A stretch of DNA of 64,000 bases from an uncultured Lachnospiraceae bacterium (GTDB lineage: Bacteria; Bacillota; Clostridia; Lachnospirales; Lachnospiraceae), in assembly GCA_944381745.1 (NCBI GenBank), contig CALWMI010000038.1, positions 23,934 through 87,933 of the forward strand, written 5' to 3'. This document shows, piece after piece, positions 38,764-47,950 of this stretch. The translations under genes and the position numbers were made by a program. Numbering within the stretch: position 1 is the first letter of the stretch; the number at the start of each line of letters is the position of its first letter. The notes beneath the pieces are model-generated. The model saw only the letters and a list, made by a program, of their open reading frames with translations, had not been told where the DNA came from and did not search any database.

Positions 38764-38814
38764 CGTGAAATCTTTTACAGCGTGAAATCTTTTACAGCGT
38801 GAAATCTTTTACGG
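38764..38814 (+). repeat. 3 x 17-nt tandem repeat (cgtgaaatcttttacag)
   Basis: Units start at 38764, 38781 and 38798. Confidence 0.92.
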
Positions 38815-38886
38815 AAATTTCTGATGGAACTTGGAAAGGGATATGCTTTTGCGGCAAGACAGCAGCACATCCACACGGAAAAGCAG
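38815..38886 (+). pseudogene. 72-bp relic of a DUF1016/YhcG (PDDEXK-like nuclease) gene
   Basis: Translates to KFLMELGKGYAFAARQQHIHTEKQ, matching the recalled family motif FL.ELG.G..F..RQ. Confidence 0.65.
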
Positions 38887-38902
38887 GAGTCAGGTGAGAG
38901 AA

Positions 38903-41464
38903 ATGGTTGACAAAATTAAGATACGGGGAGCGCGGGTGCACAATCTGAAAAATGTGGACGTGGACATTCCCCTGCACAGGATTGTGGGCATTGCAGGCGT
39001 GTCCGGTTCCGGGAAATCCTCCCTGGCGCTGGGCGTCCTCTATGCGGAGGGCTCCCGGCGCTATCTGGAGGCGCTGTCCACTTATACGAGGCGGCGTATG
39101 ACCCAGGCGGCCAAGGCGGATGTGGACGAGGTGCTGTATGTCCCGGCGGCCCTGGCTCTCCATCAGCGGCCCGGGGTACCTGGCATCCGCAGCACCTTTG
39201 GCACCGGGACGGAGCTTCTGAACAGCCTGCGGCTCATGTATTCCCGGCTGGCCTGCCACCGCTGCCCCAACGGGCATTACCTGGAGCCGTCCCTGGCTGT
39301 GGCGGCTGGGCAGGCGCTTGTCTGCCCTCAATGTGGGGAGAGCTTCTATCCGCCCTCTGCGGAGGAGCTGGCCTTCAACAGCCAGGGAGCCTGCCGCACC
39401 TGCGGCGGCACAGGGATGGTGCGCACGGTTGACTTGGACACGCTGGTACCGGATGAGTCGCTGAGCATCGACGAGGGGGCGGTGGCTCCCTGGAATTCCC
39501 TGATGTGGTCGCTGATGACGGATGTGTGCCGGGAGATGGGCGTGCGCACAGATATCCCCTTCCGGGAGCTGACAGACAGGGAGAAGGACATTGTGTACCA
39601 CGGCCCCGCAGAGAAAAAGCACATTTTTTACAAGGCGAAGAACAGCAACCAAGCGGGAGAGCTGGATTTTACCTACTACAACGCCGTCTACACGGTGGAG
39701 AACGCCCTGGCGAAGGTCAAGGACGAGAAGGGCATGAAGCGGGTGGAGAAGTTCCTGAAGGAGGGGGTATGTCCGGACTGCGGCGGCACCAGGCTGTCGG
39801 AGGCTGCAAGGGCGCCGAAGCTCTTGGGGATTTCCTTGGACGAGGCCTGCCGCATGACGCTGTCCAGCCTGACAGAGTGGGTGGGGCGCGTGCCGGAGTC
39901 GCTTCCGGAGGAGATGCGGCCGATGGCGGAGAGCATCTGCGAATCCTTCCAGACGGTGGCCAAGCGCCTGATGGATCTGGGGCTTGGCTATCTGGCTATT
40001 GACCGTGCCGCCTCCACCCTGTCCACCGGGGAGCGGCAGCGGATGCAGCTTGCCCGGGCGGTGCGCAACCGCACCACCGGCGTCCTGTACGTGCTGGACG
40101 AGCCGTCCATCGGCCTGCACCCGTCCAATATCGTGGGGCTGACCGGCGTGATGCGGGATCTGGTGGCGGATGGCAACTCGGTTCTTCTGGTGGATCATGA
40201 CACGCAGATTTTGGCGGAGGCGGACTGGCTGGTGGAGATGGGGCCAGGGGCCGGGGCGGACGGCGGGAAGGTGATTGCCCAGGGGACGGTGCCGGAGCTT
40301 GTGAAAAATAGAGATTCCCTGATCGGACCCTTCCTCGCAGGAAAAGGAAGCGCAAGGCCTGCCGGGGAGAGGCCTTCGCCTACGGTGGAGGAGCTTTCGC
40401 CCAGAGAGGAGCCTTCACCAAGGGAAAAGCCTTCACCTGGAGAGGAGCCTTCGCCCACGGTGGAGGAGCTTTTTGGGGAGGGCCGCATCCACCTGTCCAC
40501 CGGGGCTATCCACACGGTGAAGCCGCTGGAGGCGGACATTCCCAAAGGGAAGCTGACTGTGGTCACCGGCGTGTCCGGCTCCGGCAAGACGACGCTCATT
40601 CTGGAGAGTCTTGTGCCGGCTCTGGAGGCCGCTGCTGCGGGCAGGCGCCTCCCGGAGCATGTGAAGGCCGTGCAGGCGGAGAGTGTCAGCCGGGTGAAGC
40701 TCATCGACGCCACGCCCATCGGCATCAACGTCCGCTCCACCGTGGCTACCTACGCCAATGTCCACGACGAGCTGCGGAAGGTCTTCGCCCGGACAAAGGC
40801 GGCAAAGGAGCGCGGCTGGAAGGCCGGAGATTTCTCCTATAACACAGGAAGGCTGCGCTGCCCGGTGTGCGACGGGACAGGGGTGATCAGCCTGGACGTG
40901 CAGTTTTTGCCGGATGTGCAGATCGCCTGTCCCCAGTGCCGGGGCTCCCGCTATGGAAAGGAAGCGGAGACAGCCAGGTATGTGGCCAAGGATGGGGCAG
41001 CCTACTCGATGCCGGAGCTGATGGCCATGGACATCCGCCATGCGCGGGAGGCTTTGGGCGGGCTCAAGCTGGTCAGCCAGCGGCTGGAGGTGCTGGAACG
41101 GCTGGGGCTTGGCTATCTGACGCTGGGGGAGGAGACGCCCAGCCTCTCCGGCGGGGAGGCGCAGCGGCTGAAGCTGGCCAGCGAGATGGGAAGGCTCCAG
41201 TCCGACTCCGTTTTTGTCTTCGACGAGCCCACCATCGGCCTGCACCCGCTGGATGTGCAGACCTTGCTGCAGGTGTTCGAGACGCTGATCAGCAACGGGG
41301 CGACAGTGATTGTCATCGAGCACGACCTGGATGTGATCCGCCACGCCGGCTATATTATCGATATGGGACCGGGAGGAGGGGAGGAGGGCGGCCGTATCGT
41401 GGCGGCGGGAACCCCTGCGGACATCCGGCGGTGCCCAGAGAGCGCCACAGGACGGTATCTGTGA
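38903..41464 (+). CDS. uvrA: UvrA-like (class II) excinuclease ABC-family ATPase
   Basis: GARVHNLKNVD, two GxSGSGK Walker A motifs, LSTGERQR and LSGGEAQR signatures, Zn-binding cysteines; shorter than canonical UvrA1. Confidence 0.85.
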   Translation: MVDKIKIRGARVHNLKNVDVDIPLHRIVGIAGVSGSGKSSLALGVLYAEGSRRYLEALSTYTRRRMTQAAKADVDEVLYVPAALALHQRPGVPGIRSTFGTGTELLNSLRLMYSRLACHRCPNGHYLEPSLAVAAGQALVCPQCGESFYPPSAEELAFNSQGACRTCGGTGMVRTVDLDTLVPDESLSIDEGAVAPWNSLMWSLMTDVCREMGVRTDIPFRELTDREKDIVYHGPAEKKHIFYKAKNSNQAGELDFTYYNAVYTVENALAKVKDEKGMKRVEKFLKEGVCPDCGGTRLSEAARAPKLLGISLDEACRMTLSSLTEWVGRVPESLPEEMRPMAESICESFQTVAKRLMDLGLGYLAIDRAASTLSTGERQRMQLARAVRNRTTGVLYVLDEPSIGLHPSNIVGLTGVMRDLVADGNSVLLVDHDTQILAEADWLVEMGPGAGADGGKVIAQGTVPELVKNRDSLIGPFLAGKGSARPAGERPSPTVEELSPREEPSPREKPSPGEEPSPTVEELFGEGRIHLSTGAIHTVKPLEADIPKGKLTVVTGVSGSGKTTLILESLVPALEAAAAGRRLPEHVKAVQAESVSRVKLIDATPIGINVRSTVATYANVHDELRKVFARTKAAKERGWKAGDFSYNTGRLRCPVCDGTGVISLDVQFLPDVQIACPQCRGSRYGKEAETARYVAKDGAAYSMPELMAMDIRHAREALGGLKLVSQRLEVLERLGLGYLTLGEETPSLSGGEAQRLKLASEMGRLQSDSVFVFDEPTIGLHPLDVQTLLQVFETLISNGATVIVIEHDLDVIRHAGYIIDMGPGGGEEGGRIVAAGTPADIRRCPESATGRYL

Positions 41465-41500
41465 GAGGGAGAGGAGCGGTGCATCCGGGACAGGCATCCG

Positions 41501-41597
41501 CCGTCAGCGGCTGCGGATGCCGCAAATGTACCTGCCGCCAGCGGCTGCGGATGCCGCAAATGTACCTGCCGTCAGCGGTGCGGCAGCCCCCGCAAAT
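41501..41597 (+). repeat. ~3 x 34-nt intergenic tandem repeat
   Basis: ccgtcagcggctgcggatgccgcaaatgtacctg at 41501 and 41535, degenerate copy at 41569. Confidence 0.85.
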
Positions 41598-41600
41598 TAA

Positions 41601-41667
41601 AAAGGCTCTGCGTGCCTGCTTCGCGAACCATGGTAAAGCCATGATCCAGCAGTCACGCAGAGCCTTT
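41601..41667. terminator. Bidirectional terminator-like hairpin between uvrA-like and NCS2 genes
   Basis: AAAGGCTCTGCGTG / CACGCAGAGCCTTT 14-bp perfect arms. Confidence 0.7.
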
Positions 41668-41696
41668 CGGCTGCAGCCTGTCCGTCTTCTCCTATG

Positions 41697-43052
41697 TCAG
41701 ATGACGGCCAGCAGCACGAAGTTCAGAATAAAGAGGAAGGTGGCTACCCAGAGGATGGGGTGGATGCTTCCAGCCTCTTTCTTGCAGATCTTCACGATGC
41801 AGTAGGAGATGAAGCCGAAGGCAATTCCGTAGGAGATGCTGTAGCAGAGAGCCATGAACAGGCCTGCGAAGAAGGCAGGCACTGCCTCAGAAAAGTCCTC
41901 CCACTGAATCTCCTTGAAGGCGGAGGTCATCATAATGCCTACAACGACCAGGGCCGGAGCCGTGGCTGCGGACGGGATGGCGCTGACAAAGGTGGCCAGG
42001 AAGGCGCTGATGCCGAAGCAAATTGCCACGACGACACTGGTGAGGCCAGTGCGGCCGCCTGCCCCAATGCCGGAAGCACTCTCCACGAAGGTCGTGGTGT
42101 TGGAGGTTCCGAAGATGGAGCCGATGGAGGTGGCGATGGCGTCTGCGAACAGGGCCTTGTCCATTTTGGAGTGGAAGCCGGAGCTGGACTCCATGGCCTT
42201 CTCGTCCTCCGCGCTGAAGATACCGCTGCGGCGACCTGTACCGATGAAGGTGCCCAGGGTGTCAAAGGTGTCGGAGATGCTGAAGGCAAAGATGGTGACA
42301 AGCACCAGGGGAAGCTTTGCCATATCGCTGAACAGGGAGGGCAGCCCCTCTGCCGTGAAGATCGCGCAGAAGGTTGTGGGGAGCGCCGCACAAGCCTCCG
42401 AAAAGCTCACGGAATCTGCGGCAGTGGTCACACCCATGGGAATGCCCAGGAGGGCGGTGATCACAATGCCGATCAGGATCGCGCCCTTGACGTTGCAGAC
42501 CAGGAGCACGATGGTCAGCACCAGGCCAATGAGGAACAGCCAGAACACAGGCTGGTTCAGGGTGGCGATGGCCGGGACGCCGGAATCAAAGGTGATGATG
42601 CCCACGTTCAGAAGCCCTATGTAAGCGACAAACACGCCGATGCCGCCGCCGATGGCGTTCTGCAGGCTCGAGGGGATCGCCTTGATGATGGATTTGCGGA
42701 CCTTTGTCACCGTGATGAGGATGTTGAAGATCCCGCAGATAAATACCATGGACAGCGCCTGCTGCCAGGTGAAGCCCAGGCCGAAACAGACGGTGTACAC
42801 GAAAAAGGCGTTCAGCCCCATGCCGGGAGCCTGCGCATACGGTACATTGGCAAAGAGCCCCATAACCAGTGTGCCGATGATCGAAGCGATGATGGTAGCC
42901 AGGAATACGGCTCCCCATTCCATGCCAGACTGGCTTAATACGCTGGGATTGACTGCGATGATGTAAGCCATGGTAAAGAAGGTGGTCAATCCGGCCACAA
43001 CTTCAGTGGAAAAATTCGTGCCGTTCTCCTTGAGCTTAAAAAAGTTTTCCAT
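41697..43052 (-). CDS. NCS2/AzgA-family purine nucleobase permease
   Basis: EVVAGLTTFFTMAYI, APGMGLNAFF, FDTLGT and TTFVESASG..AGGRTGLT motifs. Confidence 0.93.
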   Translation of the reverse strand: MENFFKLKENGTNFSTEVVAGLTTFFTMAYIIAVNPSVLSQSGMEWGAVFLATIIASIIGTLVMGLFANVPYAQAPGMGLNAFFVYTVCFGLGFTWQQALSMVFICGIFNILITVTKVRKSIIKAIPSSLQNAIGGGIGVFVAYIGLLNVGIITFDSGVPAIATLNQPVFWLFLIGLVLTIVLLVCNVKGAILIGIVITALLGIPMGVTTAADSVSFSEACAALPTTFCAIFTAEGLPSLFSDMAKLPLVLVTIFAFSISDTFDTLGTFIGTGRRSGIFSAEDEKAMESSSGFHSKMDKALFADAIATSIGSIFGTSNTTTFVESASGIGAGGRTGLTSVVVAICFGISAFLATFVSAIPSAATAPALVVVGIMMTSAFKEIQWEDFSEAVPAFFAGLFMALCYSISYGIAFGFISYCIVKICKKEAGSIHPILWVATFLFILNFVLLAVI

Positions 43053-43241
43053 AAAGATTCTCCTCCGTTTGTAATTGTGACAGATGTTGAAATGCCCAGT
43101 TATCTGTGCCGTGTCCTATTATAGAGAGTTTTCTGTGATTTTCAATAGTTATTTTGCAATTTCTGTAGGATTTCTTTTCCTGCAGGAGTTCTATTTTCTG
43201 CAGGATTTCTTTTTCTGCAGGATTACTATTTTCCGCAGGAT

Positions 43242-44384
43242 TTATCCCAGCAGCGCCTCGGCCTTCCGCATCCGCTCCACGACCGGGACGCCGAAGGGAC
43301 AGCGCTCCTCGCAGCTGCCGCAGGCGATGCAGTCCCCTGCGTGGGCCGCGAGCGCCCCGTAATGGGCCCGCACCGTGGCGGGAACCTTCTCCTGCATCTC
43401 GGCCAGGTCATAGAGCTTGTTGACCATGGCGATGTCGATCTTCGCCGGGCAGGGCGCGCAGTGGCCGCAGTAGGTGCACTGGCCGGAATAGGCGTGATGC
43501 GGCGCGCGAGCCAGCACGCTGGCATAATCCTTCTCCTCCTGGCAGGCCGTCTCGTAGGCCACGGCGGCCATCACATGGGCGGGAGTATCGTAGCCCGCCA
43601 GGATACTGGCCACAGCCGGACGGGTCAGGGCATAGTGGATGCACTGCACCGGGGTCAGGGCCACGCCGAAGGGAGAGGCCTGGGCGGAAAACAGACGCCC
43701 GCCTGCGTAGCCCTTCATGACCGTGATGCCCACGCCCTCCCGCTCACAGAGCTGGTAGAGTTCGGCCCGCTCCGGGTCGATGCCGCCCAGGCTCTCCTCG
43801 TAGGTGTTGGCGTAGTAGGCGTTGATGTCCTCGGTGGGGGGAAGCAGGTCGAAGGCTGGATTGATGCTGAACAGGAGCATCTCAATTTCACCGGAGAGGA
43901 CGGCGAGCTTGGCCACCCGGGGATTGTGGGTGCTCAGCCCGATGTGGCGGACGGCGCCCTTTGCCTTCTGCTCCTTGACGTAGGCCAGGAATTCCCCCTC
44001 CATCACCTGGCGGAATTCCGCCTCCTCGTCTACAAAATGAATCATTCCCAGGTCGATAGAATCTGTCTGGAGACGGGCGAGCAAATCCTCGAAGGCCGCC
44101 TTCACCTTGGGCATGTCCCTTGTGCGGATGTACTGCCCGTTCTGCCAGGTGGAGCCGAAATGCCCCTGGATGATCCACTGTTCCCGCCTGCCGGCCAACG
44201 CCCTTCCGATGTTGGAACGGACGTTGGGCTCCGACATCCAGCAGTCCAGGATATTGATCCCCTGCTCCTGGCAGCAGTCGATGACTGCCTTCACCTCCCC
44301 GGCGCTGTGCCGTTCCAGCCACTCGGCTCCCAGGCCGATCTCGCTCACCATCAGGCCGGTCTTTCCCAACTCTCTGTACCGCAT
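43242..44384 (-). CDS. Aldo/keto reductase with a C-terminal 4Fe-4S dicluster
   Basis: YRELGKTGL.VSEIGLG, IGLSTH and MKGYAGG motifs; C..CGHC.PCP and C..CG.C...CP. Confidence 0.9.
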   Translation of the reverse strand: MRYRELGKTGLMVSEIGLGAEWLERHSAGEVKAVIDCCQEQGINILDCWMSEPNVRSNIGRALAGRREQWIIQGHFGSTWQNGQYIRTRDMPKVKAAFEDLLARLQTDSIDLGMIHFVDEEAEFRQVMEGEFLAYVKEQKAKGAVRHIGLSTHNPRVAKLAVLSGEIEMLLFSINPAFDLLPPTEDINAYYANTYEESLGGIDPERAELYQLCEREGVGITVMKGYAGGRLFSAQASPFGVALTPVQCIHYALTRPAVASILAGYDTPAHVMAAVAYETACQEEKDYASVLARAPHHAYSGQCTYCGHCAPCPAKIDIAMVNKLYDLAEMQEKVPATVRAHYGALAAHAGDCIACGSCEERCPFGVPVVERMRKAEALLG

Positions 44385-44504
44385 TGCAGAAACCTCCTTG
44401 TCTGTTTTTGTCTGTCTCTTTTTTCATCATACCATAAGTGTGCGCAGAACGGACAGAGAATCTGGAAGGATTTGCAAAATTCGCAAAATACCATGGCGGC
44501 GGCA

Positions 44505-44533
44505 TTGAAATTGCAGACACCGCAAGGTATACT
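44505..44533 (+). promoter_or_regulatory. sigma-A promoter pointing into the 279-bp element and amrA
   Basis: TTGAAA 44505-44510, 17-nt spacer, TATACT 44528-44533. Confidence 0.65.
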
Positions 44534-44550
44534 TTTTGTATAGAGAATGG

Positions 44551-44829
44551 ATAGCGTCGGTGTACCAAGGGACAATACGGTCAAAAATGGCTGATTTGTG
44601 TTCCTGCTGCGTTACTTTCACTCCACGTACGTCCAGTACGCGTCGTTCAAGTGCCTTGCAGGAACGCAAATCATCACATTTTTGACTCTACGACCTCAGC
44701 CCTAAGAATTTTGCCGGGTTTCCAGGCAGACGAAGGAGGCGTACTGGATGTACGCTGACTGAGGATAACGCAGAAAACCGGCAAAATTACAGGGCTGAGG
44801 CGTATTGCCCCTTGGTACACCGGCGCTAT
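44551..44829. mobile_element. 279-bp non-coding MITE/REP-like element with terminal inverted repeats and two internal hairpins
   Basis: TIR 44553-44579 versus 44801-44827 (25/27 match); hairpins at 44580-44686 and 44695-44799. Confidence 0.65.
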
Positions 44830-44920
44830 GCCTGCGCAGGCAGAAGCGGCACAGGAGGCCGATGCGGCGCGGGCGCTTTTCGGAGCGGATATTCACAGAG
44901 CCAGGCAAGGAGGGAGAGCG

Positions 44921-46309
44921 ATGTCAGTACAGGGAGCTGTCATGGTGCCGCATCCGCCCCTGATTATACCAGAGGTGGGGCGCGGGCAGGAGCAAGGGAT
45001 TTCGTCCACGGTGAAGGCTTACCGCAGGGCGATGGAGAGGCTGGCCTCCTGGAGGCCGGATACGGTGGTGGTGTTGTCCCCCCACACGGTCATGTACTTG
45101 GATTATTTCCATATTTCCCCCGGCAAAGAGGCGGAGGGGAGCTTCGCCCGGTTTGGGGCTGGGCAGGTAAAGGTGCGGGCTGTGTACGACGCGGAGTTTG
45201 CCAGGAAGCTGTCGCGGGAGGCGGAGAGGGTGAGGGTGCTGGCGGGGACGCTGGGAGAGAGGGATCCACGCCTTGACCATGGGACGATGATCCCGCTGTG
45301 GTTCCTGGATCCGTACCTGCCGGAGTACCGGGTGGTGCGGATCGGCCTGTCCGGCCTTCCCTTGACGGCGCATTACCGGCTGGGACAGTGCATCCAGAAG
45401 GCTGCCAGGGAACTGGGACGCAGGGTGGCTGTGGTGGCCAGCGGCGACCTGTCCCACAGGCTCAAGGAGGATGGCCCCTATGGATTCCAGAAGGAGGGGC
45501 CGGAATACGACCAGCGGGTGATGGAGGTTATGGGAAAAGCGGACTTTGGACAGCTGCTGGACTTTTCTGAGGGCTTCTGTGAGAAGGCGGCAGAGTGCGG
45601 GCACCGGTCGTTTGTGATTATGGCGGGGGCGCTGGACTGTCTGGATGTGGAGGCGGAGCGGCTCTCCTACGAAGGCCCTTTCGGCGTAGGCTACGGCGTC
45701 TGCGTGTACGAGGCGAAGGGGGAGAATCCCAGCAGGGATTTCCTGCGGCAGCAGGAGGAGAAGGAGGCGGCGCGCAGGAAAATCCGCAGGCTGGAGGAGG
45801 ACACCTATGTGCGCCTGGCCCGCCACACGGTGGAGCACTATATCCGCACAGGGAAAAGGCTGGAGGCGCCGGACTGGCTTCCCCAGGAGATGAAGGAGAG
45901 ACGGGCCGGGGTGTTCGTCTCGCTGAAGGAGGACGGGCAGCTGCGGGGCTGCATCGGGACGATCGCCCCGGTGAGGGAGAGCCTTGCGCAGGAGATTATC
46001 AGCAACGCAGTCAGCGCCGCCACACAGGATCCCAGGTTTTCTGCAGTGCGGGAGGATGAGCTGGACAGGCTTGTGTACAGCGTGGATGTGCTGGGGGAGC
46101 CGGAGGAGATCGCCTCCCTGGCGGAGCTGGATGTGAAGCGTTACGGGGTGATTGTGAGCCGGGGGAGCCGCAGAGGGCTGCTGCTTCCGGACTTGGAAGG
46201 GGTGGACACGGCGGAGGAGCAGGTGGCCATCGCCAAGAGGAAGGCGGGAATCCCAGCGGATGCCCAGGACGTACGCCTGGAGCGCTTCCAGGTGGTCAGG
46301 CATCTCTGA
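44921..46309 (+). CDS. amrA: AmmeMemoRadiSam system protein A (AMMECR1 domain) fused to an N-terminal LigB/Memo-like domain
   Basis: PHPPLIIPEVG, SPH, DHG and ASGDLSH (LigB-like), then GVFVSLK, LRGCIGT, DPRF and GLLLPDL (AMMECR1). Confidence 0.88.
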   Translation: MSVQGAVMVPHPPLIIPEVGRGQEQGISSTVKAYRRAMERLASWRPDTVVVLSPHTVMYLDYFHISPGKEAEGSFARFGAGQVKVRAVYDAEFARKLSREAERVRVLAGTLGERDPRLDHGTMIPLWFLDPYLPEYRVVRIGLSGLPLTAHYRLGQCIQKAARELGRRVAVVASGDLSHRLKEDGPYGFQKEGPEYDQRVMEVMGKADFGQLLDFSEGFCEKAAECGHRSFVIMAGALDCLDVEAERLSYEGPFGVGYGVCVYEAKGENPSRDFLRQQEEKEAARRKIRRLEEDTYVRLARHTVEHYIRTGKRLEAPDWLPQEMKERRAGVFVSLKEDGQLRGCIGTIAPVRESLAQEIISNAVSAATQDPRFSAVREDELDRLVYSVDVLGEPEEIASLAELDVKRYGVIVSRGSRRGLLLPDLEGVDTAEEQVAIAKRKAGIPADAQDVRLERFQVVRHL

Positions 46310-46401
46310 CGGGGAAAGCCTGGCCAGAGAAATCCTGGCGCGACGAAAAACCTAGCGCAGCGGCGCGAGGAAAGCCTGGCGTAAGGAAGGAGGGGAAGGC
46401 T

Positions 46402-47316
46402 GTGGCGGAAATGAGAGGAGATGCGGCCTGCACGGTATGTCCCCGGCACTGCAATCCGCAGGAGGGGCAGTACGGGTTCTGCGGGGCGCGCAAGAGAGAA
46501 GGCGGGCGGATGGCCTGTGCCAACTACGGGAAGGTGACGGCGCTGGCGCTGGATCCCATCGAGAAGAAGCCTCTCCGCCGTTTTTACCCGGGGAGCGCCG
46601 TCTTATCTGTGGGGAGCTTTGGCTGCAGCCTGTCCTGCCCCTTCTGCCAGAATCATGAGATTGCCATGGCGGGGAGAAGCCCTGCGGCGGGGAGAGGCTC
46701 TGGCATGGGGAGCGCTCCTGCGGCGGGGGAGGATGCTGTCCGGGTAAGGGAAGAGCCGCCCTGCCGGGATATGACGCCGGAGGAGCTGGCGGCGCTGGCT
46801 TTCCAGTACCGGGGATATGGGAATGTGGGCGTGGCCTTCACCTACAACGAGCCTTTGGTGGGCTATGAGTTTGTCCGGGACACGGCGCGGCTCGTGCACG
46901 GGCTGGGAATGAAGAACATCCTGGTGACCAACGGCTATGGGGAAGATGGGGTGCTGGAGGAGCTGCTTCCCTGGGTGGACGCCATGAACATTGATTTGAA
47001 GGGGTTTACCGATGGATATTACCGGAAGCTGGGCGGCGGCCTGGGGACGGTGAAGCGCTTTATCGAGCGGGCGGCCAAGAGCTGCCATGTGGAGCTGACG
47101 ACCCTGATCGTCCCAGGGGAGAACGATTCCACGGAGGAGATGGAGGAGGAGGCCCAGTGGATCGCGTCGCTGGATCCGGAAATCCCCCTCCATGTGACCC
47201 GCTTTTTCCCACGCTACCGGATGCGGCAGAAGGAGCCCACGGCGGTGGAGGCGGTGTACCGGCTGCGGGACGCGGCGGGGAAATACCTGAGGTATGTATA
47301 TGCGGGGAACTGCTAG
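46402..47316 (+). CDS. amrS: AmmeMemoRadiSam radical SAM enzyme
   Basis: C..CPRHC, DPIEKKPL, CSLSCPFCQN (CX3CX2C), FTYNEP, NIDLKGF and HVTRFFP motifs. Confidence 0.92.
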   Translation: MAEMRGDAACTVCPRHCNPQEGQYGFCGARKREGGRMACANYGKVTALALDPIEKKPLRRFYPGSAVLSVGSFGCSLSCPFCQNHEIAMAGRSPAAGRGSGMGSAPAAGEDAVRVREEPPCRDMTPEELAALAFQYRGYGNVGVAFTYNEPLVGYEFVRDTARLVHGLGMKNILVTNGYGEDGVLEELLPWVDAMNIDLKGFTDGYYRKLGGGLGTVKRFIERAAKSCHVELTTLIVPGENDSTEEMEEEAQWIASLDPEIPLHVTRFFPRYRMRQKEPTAVEAVYRLRDAAGKYLRYVYAGNC

Positions 47317-47360
47317 CGCCACTGTGCAGGGGACAATGCAGTCCCTTATGCACCGGCGCT
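47315..47360. repeat. ~45-bp palindrome related to the ends of the 44551 element
   Basis: agcgcc..gggac..gtccc..ggcgct. Confidence 0.6.
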
Positions 47361-47615
47361 GGCTCTTCCCTTTATAGATTATAAAGGCTGAGATTTTGGC
47401 CGCAATGAGCACGGTTTCGGAAGTGTATAATTCATAGAAAAAGGCGGAGCGTAAAATTATTTGCACCCCGGCTTTTTTCTGCATAAGCCGTTTTCATCAA
47501 AAAAGGTAAGCTGGACTCTGGATGTGCAGATTTTTGTACAGGCAGCTGTGGCATACTAGTCTTAGAAAGAGACAGACCAAGCGGTTATGGAGACAGGGAG
47601 ACGGAGGTGCCAGCG

Positions 47616-47717
47616 ATGAAGGGATATCCTACAGGGGACGGATACATGGGATTTGTGGACGGCAGGTATATGCTGTTTGCCGATGAGGCGGATTATTATG
47701 AGTATGTGAGGGGCTGA
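47616..47717 (+). CDS. 33-aa small protein MKGYPTGDGYMGFVDGRYMLFADEADYYEYVRG (not in the ORF track)
   Basis: GGAGGTG RBS at 47603-47609; resembles a recalled conserved Clostridiales small ORF pattern (GYMG.V.G.YMLFA.E.DY.EY). Confidence 0.75.
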   Translation: MKGYPTGDGYMGFVDGRYMLFADEADYYEYVRG

Positions 47718-47950
47718 GGCAGAAGCGGGGAAGGAGAGAAGAAGATGGATGGGAGGCCTATGCCGTCCGTTACAGAGAGATACAGGAGATTATAGGGGCA
47801 GGCCTTGGCAAAAGATTCTTCGGAACAAGCAGGGAGAGATTGTGTAATCGCTGATTTTGTAGTAGCATAAGAGGAGCGGGGCAGGATGTCCCCGCGCCCG
47901 GCAGGGCGGGCGGACGCCGCTGCCGCAGGACAAGCGGGAGAAGGAATCTT

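Noticed and set aside
38831-38902. Extended N-terminus of the UvrA-like protein from 38831
   Set aside because: This stretch is better read in another frame as the DUF1016 relic; UvrA similarity starts at ATG 38903
43053-43160. Purine riboswitch ahead of the NCS2 permease
   Set aside because: The predicted leader after TTGAAA-16-TATAAT (minus strand) is short and lacks the purine-aptamer junction; only a single small hairpin is present
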